IMG/VR virus record: IMGVR_UViG_2648501165_000019 | Reading direction: 5' to 3' (one strand) | From: a virus | Taxonomy: Duplodnaviria > Heunggongvirae > Uroviricota > Caudoviricetes | Length of the DNA stretch: 12,448 nt | Part shown: positions 1 to 6,217 of the stretch, piece after piece | Layout: every line of letters begins with the position of its first letter | Position numbering within the stretch: the stretch's first letter is position 1 | Made by a program: the position numbers and the translations under genes | Notes under the pieces: generated by a model | Database searches by the model: none | Told to the model about the DNA's origin: nothing | What the model saw: only the letters and a program-made list of their open reading frames with translations

Positions 1-1461
1 ATGAAAAAATTACTGCGTCTTTTTTTCCCGCTCTCACTGCGGGTACGTTTTCTGTTGGCAACGGCTGCGGTAGTACTGGTGCTTTCGCTTGCCTACGGAA
101 TGGTCGCGCTGATCGGTTATAGCGTCAGTTTCGATAAAACTACGTTTCGGCTGTTACGTGGCGAGAGCAATCTGTTCTATACCCTTGCGAAGTGGGAAAA
201 CAATAAGTTGCATGTCGAGTTACCCGAAAATATCGACAAGCAAAGCCCCACCATGACGCTAATTTATGATGAGAACGGGCAGCTTTTATGGGCGCAACGT
301 GACGTGCCCTGGCTGATGAAGATGATCCAGCCTGACTGGCTGAAATCGAATGGTTTTCATGAAATTGAAGCGGATGTTAACGATACCAGCCTCTTGCTGA
401 GTGGAGATCATTCGATACAGCAACAGTTGCAGGAAGTGCGGGAAGATGATGACGACGCGGAGATGACCCACTCGGTGGCAGTAAACGTCTACCCGGCAAC
501 ATCGCGGATGCCAAAATTAACCATTGTGGTGGTGGATACCATTCCGGTGGAGCTAAAAAGTTCCTATATGGTCTGGAGCTGGTTTATCTATGTGCTCTCA
601 GCCAATCTGCTGTTAGTGATCCCGCTGCTGTGGGTCGCCGCCTGGTGGAGTTTACGCCCCATCGAAGCCCTGGCAAAAGAAGTCCGCGAACTGGAAGAAC
701 ATAACCGCGAATTGCTCAATCCAGCCACAACGCGAGAACTGACCAGTCTGGTACGAAACCTGAACCGATTGTTAAAAAGTGAACGCGAACGTTACGACAA
801 ATACCGTACGACGCTCACCGACCTGACCCATAGTCTGAAAACGCCACTGGCGGTGCTGCAAAGTACGCTGCGTTCTCTGCGTAGTGAAAAGATGAGCGTC
901 AGTGATGCTGAGCCGGTAATGCTGGAGCAAATCAGCCGCATTTCACAGCAAATTGGCTACTACCTGCATCGTGCCAGTATGCGCGGCGGGACATTGCTCA
1001 GCCGCGAGCTGCATCCGGTCGCCCCACTGCTGGACAATCTCACCTCAGCGCTGAACAAAGTGTATCAACGCAAAGGGGTCAATATCTCTCTCGATATTTC
1101 GCCAGAGATCAGCTTTGTCGGTGAGCAGAACGATTTTGTCGAGGTGATGGGCAACGTGCTGGATAATGCCTGTAAATATTGCCTCGAGTTTGTCGAAATT
1201 TCTGCAAGGCAAACCGACGAGCATCTCTATATTGTGGTCGAGGATGATGGCCCCGGTATTCCATTAAGCAAGCGAGAGGTCATTTTCGACCGTGGTCAAC
1301 GGGTTGATACTTTACGCCCTGGGCAAGGTGTAGGGCTGGCGGTAGCCCGCGAAATCACCGAGCAATATGAGGGTAAAATCGTCGCCGGAGAGAGCATGCT
1401 GGGCGGTGCGCGGATGGAGGTGATTTTTGGTCGCCAGCATTCTGCGCCGAAAGATGAATAA
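1..1461 (+). CDS. phoQ: Sensor histidine kinase PhoQ (PhoP/PhoQ two-component system), complete 486 aa
   Basis: Full-length ORF with ATG at 1 and stop at 1461. Two N-terminal hydrophobic segments, periplasmic acidic patch (EDDDDAEM), HAMP-like region, His-containing dimerisation region ([12 protein letters not shown]) and C-terminal ATPase motifs ([15 protein letters not shown]). Matches E. coli PhoQ as I recall it. Confidence 0.95.
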   Translation: MKKLLRLFFPLSLRVRFLLATAAVVLVLSLAYGMVALIGYSVSFDKTTFRLLRGESNLFYTLAKWENNKLHVELPENIDKQSPTMTLIYDENGQLLWAQRDVPWLMKMIQPDWLKSNGFHEIEADVNDTSLLLSGDHSIQQQLQEVREDDDDAEMTHSVAVNVYPATSRMPKLTIVVVDTIPVELKSSYMVWSWFIYVLSANLLLVIPLLWVAAWWSLRPIEALAKEVRELEEHNRELLNPATTRELTSLVRNLNRLLKSERERYDKYRTTLTDLTHSLKTPLAVLQSTLRSLRSEKMSVSDAEPVMLEQISRISQQIGYYLHRASMRGGTLLSRELHPVAPLLDNLTSALNKVYQRKGVNISLDISPEISFVGEQNDFVEVMGNVLDNACKYCLEFVEISARQTDEHLYIVVEDDGPGIPLSKREVIFDRGQRVDTLRPGQGVGLAVAREITEQYEGKIVAGESMLGGARMEVIFGRQHSAPKDE

Positions 1462-1909
1462 ATATGTCCTTTTATCACCACAGCAAGGCAACCCATTGAT
1501 TTAATTAAACAACCCACACTGCAAAAAGTGCTAAAAACAGCAAATTGACTACACCATTAACTACACCGTTCGGTGCACTGTATGAAACAACGTGGAACAA
1601 ATAGACACAAGAAATATACAGGCGGGTAATCTTTCCNNNNNNNNNNNNNCCATAACGGGGCTACCGGATTTTTTTTCCGGTTAACTGTTAATCAGGCTGG
1701 TGGGTTTTACCTGTTCGGTAGGTGTTATGATTATCGTAATACCTTTCCCCCAGTGGGGTAAAAGCTCCAACCGTAACGATGTTCGTTGTGGTTGCCTTGA
1801 TGGTCTGCGTGGTCATTATGACCATTCAGAATATGAAGGGTGACGCTTCCGACTTCCTCAAATTGAGGTTTCCGAAAATATCAGCGGGTTAGCGATTAAT
1901 CTGACCATT

Positions 1910-1932
1910 AATTAAACTACGAAAATTTCGTA
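1910..1932 (+). repeat. 23-bp near-perfect palindrome between phoQ and the island, function unknown
   Basis: AAACTACGAAA-A-TTTCGTAGTTT. AT-rich with no flanking U-tract, so more likely a protein-binding dyad than a terminator. Confidence 0.4.
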
Positions 1933-2024
1933 GTTTGTGAATATATTCCGGCCTTCTGATTAACAGTCCTCAGATGTGAGGGATGTAGCCAGCGCAATTT
2001 TGCGTTATCGGGAATATCAGCAAG

Positions 2025-2306
2025 TTACCGCCGCAGCCGTTCCGGCTTCTTCCAGTGGTACGTTATTTTTTCTTTCTCCCGATACAGTTCAACGCGGCGA
2101 TTGTAGGCCAGCATTTCAAGAACGCGGTTCCGTATGTTGCGCATATCAACGCCATTAAGTTCTATACCATCACGGCGCATCACTTCCGCTACAACACGCA
2201 CATAATTTTCAGCGGTCACGCTGTCCGGCTGTGTGGCCTGTTCGTCATGCTGCTGGCTGATTCCGGCGACGCGGCGGATTAATCCCAGTAGTTCGGCTTC
2301 TGTCAT
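2025..2306 (-). CDS. Hypothetical protein (93 aa), last gene of the packaging module
   Basis: ATG at 2306-2304 preceded by a GGGGG Shine-Dalgarno-like run 4 nt upstream; same orientation as terS. No family recognised. Confidence 0.5.
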   Translation of the reverse strand: MTEAELLGLIRRVAGISQQHDEQATQPDSVTAENYVRVVAEVMRRDGIELNGVDMRNIRNRVLEMLAYNRRVELYREKEKITYHWKKPERLRR

Positions 2307-2340
2307 TGTGCCCCCATCGCTCTGATAGTCTGGTGTCGTC

Positions 2341-2545
2341 GGGTCCTTCCTGGAATTATGGCCCGTTACGGGGCGGCGACCTCGCGGTTTTTATCTGTTT
2401 ATGAGAATTTTCCGGCAAAAGTCAGATCCGATCTTCTTCTCTGTAACAGACTGTTTAACAATGAAAATATTAAAAAAAAGAAAGGATCTGACACGAGGCA
2501 TTTTAGCCAGAAAATGCCATTATCAGATCCTTTCTCATTTTTGTT
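2341..2545 (+). other. cos site copy A: complete lambda-type cos with cosQ-like, cosN and cosB-like R3/R2/R1 elements
   Basis: 2341-2370 GGGTCCTTCCTGGAATTATGGCCCGTTACG resembles the lambda right end (GGGTCCTTTCCGGTGATCCGACAGGTTACG). 2371-2382 GGGCGGCGACCT is identical to the lambda 12-nt cohesive end. 2383-2420 CGCGGTTTTTATCTGTTTATGAGAATTTTCCGG parallels lambda CGCGGGTTTTCGCTATTTATGAAAATTTTCCGG. R-like repeats with a GATCC core in direct/inverted/direct order: 2423-2443, 2477-2498, 2524-2543. Inverted repeat GGCATTTTAGCCAGAAAATGCC at 2497-2518. Confidence 0.8.
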
Positions 2546-2562
2546 CAATAATTGCGCGTCTG

Positions 2563-3105
2563 TTACTCGCCTTTCTTCTGTAGCAACTTTTCCGGTACGT
2601 TTCCGGTTGTTTCTTTCAAGTAATCAGCCAGTATCTGTGGGAGGTTGTCGGCAACTCTGGCACTGGCATTACAGGCTTTAACCACTTCCCTTTTAAGCCT
2701 GTCCAGCATGGCGGGGGTAATCTGTGGGAAGCTCCTTTGCATAGTAAGCGGGAGGCTGTCCATGATTGATGAAATCTGACTCGCCAGCTTTGAAAGCGCG
2801 TACAGGCAAAACTCAGTATCAATCACGTCACCGCGATCGCGATCGTTTTTAAGTTCCTGCGCCTCTGCCTGTGCTGTCAGTAATCTGATCCTGACTCGTA
2901 AAAGTTCATCATCGTCAATCTCGCCTTTGTCGTTTATAAGCTGGCTAATTGCATTGTTAACCCTATTTTCTATCACGCTGGCAACATCATAAAACGCCTC
3001 ACGGCCTTTACGCTCAACGGGAGTTACTCCCCACTTGTCGAACGCTGTCGCACTTACACGGCAGCTTTTCGCCATGTTTTTTTTGTTCATCAGATGAGAT
3101 TTCAT
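2563..3105 (-). CDS. terS: Terminase small subunit, lambda Nu1-like (180 aa)
   Basis: Length and sequence parallel lambda Nu1 as recalled, for example RLLTAQAEAQELKNDRDRGDVIDTEFCLYALSKLASQISSIMDSLPLTMQRSFP versus lambda RLTRAQADAQELKNARDSAEVVETAFCTFVLSRIAGEIASILDGLPLSVQRRFP. Lies immediately downstream of cos copy B in the lambda cos-Nu1 arrangement. Start could be Met1 (3105) or Met6 (3090). Confidence 0.85.
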   Translation of the reverse strand: MKSHLMNKKNMAKSCRVSATAFDKWGVTPVERKGREAFYDVASVIENRVNNAISQLINDKGEIDDDELLRVRIRLLTAQAEAQELKNDRDRGDVIDTEFCLYALSKLASQISSIMDSLPLTMQRSFPQITPAMLDRLKREVVKACNASARVADNLPQILADYLKETTGNVPEKLLQKKGE

Positions 3106-3257
3106 TAATACACCAACTTAATTACTGCTTCAGGTTGGTGTATTGCTTGCATCTTTCCCTTTTCATTCATAAAGATAGATCAAACAACAAAACCACCACC
3201 CTGAAAAGGCTCATAAATAGCGAAAATCCGCGAGGTCGCCGCCCCGTAACGGGCCAT
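3106..3257 (-). other. cos site copy B (inverted relative to copy A): cosN plus a short, diverged cosB directly upstream of terS
   Basis: 3228-3257 is the exact reverse complement of 2358-2387 (30/30, ATGGCCCGTTACGGGGCGGCGACCTCGCGG); cosN on the minus strand is 3244-3233. Minus-strand continuation ATTTTCGCTATTTATGAG matches the lambda post-cosN sequence. Further toward terS the lambda-like R elements are replaced by GGTGGTGG (3200-3193), CACCAACC (3140-3133) and GTTGGTG (3117-3111). The position where cosQ would lie is occupied by N10 (3258-3267) and a terminator. Confidence 0.75.
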
Positions 3258-3267
3258 NNNNNNNNNN

Positions 3268-3290
3268 TAAAAAAGCCGGATTTCTCCGGC
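3268..3290 (-). terminator. Rho-independent terminator, copy 1 of a conserved hairpin family
   Basis: Minus strand reads GCCGGAGAAATCCGGC followed by TTTTTT: 6-bp GC-rich stem, GAAA loop, U-tract. Sits 7 nt after the stop of the 137-aa gene. Confidence 0.7.
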
Positions 3291-3296
3291 CTTGTC

Positions 3297-3710
3297 TCAG
3301 ATGGTTTTCAGTATGCGATCGATGTCGCCGTCATCGCCCTGGTTTCTGCCATCGTATGCCATGCCAGCTGATACGGCTTGCGGGCTGTGCATGTCCATAA
3401 AGTTTTCAAAGGCTGCGGTAAGTTCCGGCGCAACCTTCGGACGTTCCTGCTCTATGGTCATGCTAAGGATGCTTTTAGCCGTACCAACATCGATACAAGG
3501 CACGTTTGCCATTGCACGCAACAGCGGCTGATAGTCTTTATGCTCATGAAGCGCCATAATCGCATCAGCGCGCGGCTTGTCCTGCTCTTCCAGTTTGTTT
3601 AGTTGATATACGGCCTCATAGGTTGATAAACCTCTGTCAGCCATTGCCCGCGCTTCGACTTTAAATTTACTCGCCAGCGGTAGCGTCATGATGCTTTCAT
3701 TCGTTGCCAT
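3297..3710 (-). CDS. Hypothetical protein (137 aa) downstream of the decoration gene
   Basis: ATG at 3710-3708 with GGGGG Shine-Dalgarno-like run 4 nt upstream; acidic C-terminal region. No family recognised. Confidence 0.6.
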   Translation of the reverse strand: MATNESIMTLPLASKFKVEARAMADRGLSTYEAVYQLNKLEEQDKPRADAIMALHEHKDYQPLLRAMANVPCIDVGTAKSILSMTIEQERPKVAPELTAAFENFMDMHSPQAVSAGMAYDGRNQGDDGDIDRILKTI

Positions 3711-3722
3711 CGTTCCCCCTGC

Positions 3723-4058
3723 TTATCGGGCCAGCGGCTGAACGGATACGCCGGAACCCGCAAAGGCGGCGCATTTTTTCGCATCGGTGTCGACGCTCTC
3801 AGGCCAGTTAACGGCGGCAATATTGAATATCCCCGTCTTGTAACACTGTGCTGATTTCTGCTTTGACGTGTCCACAGGGTACGAGGTCAGATAAACAGCC
3901 TTGCCAGATTCCTGACCATCCCACGGCTTAAACTCGCCATTGTCTGCCAGCATCAGCGGGGTAAATTCCTGAATAACGCCAGCATCAGCGGCAAAATGTA
4001 CCAACGTCGTGGATACCTGCTGACTGCCTGCAAATAACTCAATGTATGGAGTGTCCAT
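3723..4058 (-). CDS. Head decoration protein, lambda gpD-like (111 aa)
   Basis: TPLMLADNGEFKPWDG, YKTGIFNIAAVNWPE and KKCAAFAGSGVSV parallel lambda gpD TPLMLDTSSRKLVAWDG, YKSGTFRYEDVLWPE and KKRTAFAGTAISIV (recalled). GGGGGG Shine-Dalgarno-like run upstream; start lies 13 nt after the capsid gene stop. Confidence 0.8.
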   Translation of the reverse strand: MDTPYIELFAGSQQVSTTLVHFAADAGVIQEFTPLMLADNGEFKPWDGQESGKAVYLTSYPVDTSKQKSAQCYKTGIFNIAAVNWPESVDTDAKKCAAFAGSGVSVQPLAR

Positions 4059-4070
4059 AGAATCCCCCCG

Positions 4071-5126
4071 TTAACCAATTTTGACGGTAACAAATTTGCG
4101 AATATCTGCCGGTACCGGCTGCGGTGCACTGTGTGTCTGCACGTACTCAATCGCCGGATCGCCGTCCTCAATCCAGTTTTTCGGGTAAAACATGTTTTGT
4201 GTTGCGCCCGTTCTTACCGCTTCCTGATCCATTATCGCACCATAGGCCACCAGCCCTTTATTGTTGGTGTTACCCAGGACCAGCAAATCAGGCTCAAGGA
4301 AATATTTTTCGGTACCATCGCTGTCAGTGTATTTGCCGGAATAGACGATAAGGGCCAGATCACCAAGATAGCCTTTAAAGCTCACCACTTCGCCCAGGTT
4401 TTTACAGGCCAGTTCGGCGGCGGATTCTGAACCACGGGAAAGATCGTACAGCTCACGGAATTTTTTAAAGCTGCGTAATGTGCGCCATACCTCAGCGCCC
4501 ATAATCATGACGTTTGCGGGGCAACCAGCCTGATCAGCATAAAGCTCGATGTCATAGATTGGGTCGTGCATGTCTTTATCCTGCTCGGACCATTTTTTAC
4601 CCTTGGCCTGCTCTATGATGCAGTTTTCCGGTATTTTCCAGTCGATTTCATAGCGTTCTATGCCTTCGCCCTCAATGATGTTTTTTCCGGTCGTTACCGC
4701 ATTCACCGCCAGCCATTCCACGCGTGCCTTAATGGCGTTTATCTGGCGGCGCATGTTGCCAGTAATCAGGCGCATACGGCGATAGGTAGGGTCGTTAAGC
4801 TGTGCCGGATCTTCTCCAGCCATGCGCATGATGGTTTTCGTTGGATCGATTTCGTGCTTTGGCTTCATGTAGCCAGGTTTGATTGTGCTGGTTTCGTACC
4901 CTTTATCGCGCTGAACCTGGCTACCCACCATAGGCGAACAAAACGCCGACATGGTGACTTCTTCAATGTCCAGGGTATCCAGCATGATGTTTTGCGTGCT
5001 GAATGTCGCCACGTTCGGGAAAAACAGCGTGGTAAACAGAGGGCTGAATTTAAAATCCGCAATATCCCCGCGATTCAGGTACATGAAAAGCTGGTTAGTG
5101 TTAAGTGCCGTTGCTTTGCCTGCCAT
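4071..5126 (-). CDS. Major capsid protein, lambda gpE-like (351 aa)
   Basis: Colinear similarity to lambda gpE over the whole length (recalled): PGYMKPKHEIDP vs PGYVKPKHEVNP; DPAQLNDPTYRRMR vs DPQNLADPAYRRRR; FKGYLGDLALIVYSGKYTD vs YKGMYGDVAIVVYSGQYVE; LLVLGNTNNKGLVAYGAIMD vs TMVLGNTQARGLRTYGCIQD; YPKNWIEDGDPAIEY vs YPKNWVTTGDPAREF. Confidence 0.9.
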   Translation of the reverse strand: MAGKATALNTNQLFMYLNRGDIADFKFSPLFTTLFFPNVATFSTQNIMLDTLDIEEVTMSAFCSPMVGSQVQRDKGYETSTIKPGYMKPKHEIDPTKTIMRMAGEDPAQLNDPTYRRMRLITGNMRRQINAIKARVEWLAVNAVTTGKNIIEGEGIERYEIDWKIPENCIIEQAKGKKWSEQDKDMHDPIYDIELYADQAGCPANVMIMGAEVWRTLRSFKKFRELYDLSRGSESAAELACKNLGEVVSFKGYLGDLALIVYSGKYTDSDGTEKYFLEPDLLVLGNTNNKGLVAYGAIMDQEAVRTGATQNMFYPKNWIEDGDPAIEYVQTHSAPQPVPADIRKFVTVKIG

Positions 5127-5365
5127 TATTCACCCCCATAATTTTTATGCATCCCAAGCGCCGCAAGTAAATAAGAGCGTACAAGTGAACCTATCGACGG
5201 CTCCGGCGTCATCAGCGGATCCAGTCCAGCCGCAACGCCAGCTTCATAGTTTTTTTTGTGGCGCTGCTTGAGCACCTCCACGATTTCGGGGCTTATGTAC
5301 ACCGAAACACCGCCTTTTTTCTCTTCAGCCATAGTAAGAAATTCCTCTTCGACTAAAAAAATCAT
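5126..5365 (-). CDS. Small hypothetical protein translationally coupled to the capsid gene (79 aa, or 68 aa from an alternative ATG at 5332)
   Basis: Its stop TAA overlaps the capsid ATG (TAATG). Neither candidate start has a strong ribosome-binding site, so the start is uncertain. No family recognised. Confidence 0.45.
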   Translation of the reverse strand: MIFLVEEEFLTMAEEKKGGVSVYISPEIVEVLKQRHKKNYEAGVAAGLDPLMTPEPSIGSLVRSYLLAALGMHKNYGGE

Positions 5366-5366
5366 A

Positions 5367-5416
5367 ACTGGATGTTTATCCAGTCCTGATTATAATCAGA
5401 ATTGCATTTTATGCAA
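5367..5416 (-). promoter_or_regulatory. Candidate regulated promoter of the head operon: near-consensus sigma70 elements embedded in three adjacent palindromes
   Basis: On the minus strand, -35 TTGCAT (5416-5411), 16-bp spacer, -10 TATAAT (5394-5389). The -35 lies inside palindrome TTGCATTTTATGCAA (5402-5416), the -10 inside CTGATTATAATCAG (5386-5399), and ACTGGAT-GTTT-ATCCAGT (5367-5384) covers the predicted start site. Confidence 0.5.
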
Positions 5417-5496
5417 TGATATTGAGTTATGTTGCAAATTATGAAATGATTATCCCGATCACGAACGCCAGTGCATCCAAAAACCTCATATGCAAA

Positions 5497-5535
5497 AGCC
5501 CGATAAGAACCCTCTGACCTTATCGGGCTTTTTTT
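5497..5535 (+). terminator. Hairpin terminator, possibly bidirectional
   Basis: AGCCCGATAAG, 11-nt loop, CTTATCGGGCT (11-bp stem) followed by TTTTTT on the plus strand. An A-run precedes it, so the minus strand also sees a weaker U-rich tail. Confidence 0.55.
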
Positions 5536-5541
5536 GGGCGC

Positions 5542-5563
5542 AAAAAAGCCGGATTGCTCCGGC
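5542..5563 (-). terminator. Rho-independent terminator, copy 2 of the conserved hairpin family
   Basis: Minus strand GCCGGAGCAATCCGGC followed by TTTTTT; lies after the 74-aa gene. Confidence 0.7.
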
Positions 5564-5583
5564 TATGTGTGCTGTGTGCTGGC

Positions 5584-5808
5584 TCAGTCTCTGATCTCTT
5601 TCAGAAATTCTATCAATGCATCTATCTGTTCAGGATTTACCGCCAGCATTTCACCGGATAGAGCACATCTCACAAAACCATGCTGATCCTTTTCAATCAG
5701 TGCGCCCGTCTCCAGGAATGCGCGGTAATCATTGATGCTCATCGTCTCCATGTTGTCAGCATGGTATTTATCACGCTGTTTTAATATCTCATCAAATTTC
5801 ATCGGCAT
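5584..5808 (-). CDS. Hypothetical protein (74 aa)
   Basis: ATG at 5808-5806 with AGAGGA ribosome-binding site about 8 nt upstream; bracketed by terminator copies 3 and 2. No family recognised. Confidence 0.5.
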   Translation of the reverse strand: MPMKFDEILKQRDKYHADNMETMSINDYRAFLETGALIEKDQHGFVRCALSGEMLAVNPEQIDALIEFLKEIRD

Positions 5809-5903
5809 TGTTTTTTTCCTCTGTTGTGTCTGTTTGTTTCAGATAGTAACTATGCCTGACCGTGACGAAAACCCGGTAATGCGCCATACCGTTTCAACTG
5901 GTG

Positions 5904-5926
5904 CAAAAAAAGCCGGATTTCTCCGG
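5904..5926 (-). terminator. Rho-independent terminator, copy 3 of the conserved hairpin family
   Basis: Minus strand GCCGGAGAAATCCGGC followed by TTTTTTT; lies 9 nt after the stop of the PerC-like gene. Confidence 0.7.
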
Positions 5927-5934
5927 CTGTTTGA

Positions 5935-6207
5935 TTAGCTGTCCTGGTAATTGCGCCATATTTCATCACCAGCACCATCTATACCCATTTCGGCATAAGT
6001 GCGATCGACTGCCTTTTTCAGGTCTCCGAAATTATCCGGCGGCTCCGGTGCCCTCTGTGCCTTCCTTGAACATTCCAGCCGTCGCATCGTGATGTGATGC
6101 CGTTCCTTGTCTGTCTCCACCAGCTGCATGACTTCACCCCATCGCGCCGCCGCCCTCCGGTAAAAGCCTTTCGCCTCCAGTTCCTCCGCTATGCGGTCAT
6201 GTACCAT
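5935..6207 (-). CDS. Small putative transcriptional activator, PerC-like (90 aa from ATG at 6207)
   Basis: The longer frame to 6327 starts with GTG and overlaps the SSB gene. The ATG at 6207 follows the SSB stop with a GGGGGTG ribosome-binding site. Motif AEELEAKGFYRRAAARWGEVM resembles the signature I recall for PerC/Pch regulators; this is from memory and of moderate strength. Confidence 0.45.
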   Translation of the reverse strand: MVHDRIAEELEAKGFYRRAAARWGEVMQLVETDKERHHITMRRLECSRKAQRAPEPPDNFGDLKKAVDRTYAEMGIDGAGDEIWRNYQDS

Positions 6208-6217
6208 CGTCACCCCC

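Noticed and set aside
1727-1843. 38-codon ORF MIIVIPFPQWGKSSNRNDVRCGCLDGLRGHYDHSEYEG as a candidate small toxin
   Set aside because: No usable ribosome-binding site and no recognisable type I toxin features; cannot be separated from chance in an intergenic region.
2358-2681. 107-aa and 60-aa plus-strand ORFs starting inside cos copy A
   Set aside because: They translate the cos/cosB repeats and the antisense 3' end of terS. Lambda Nu1 would be expected here on this strand but no Nu1-like frame exists; Nu1 homology is on the minus strand.
4566-5141. 191-aa plus-strand ORF (and the neighbouring 4951-5271 and 4124-4430 ORFs)
   Set aside because: Antisense to the well-supported major capsid gene; no ribosome-binding site and a low-complexity Arg/His-rich translation. 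Shadow ORFs.
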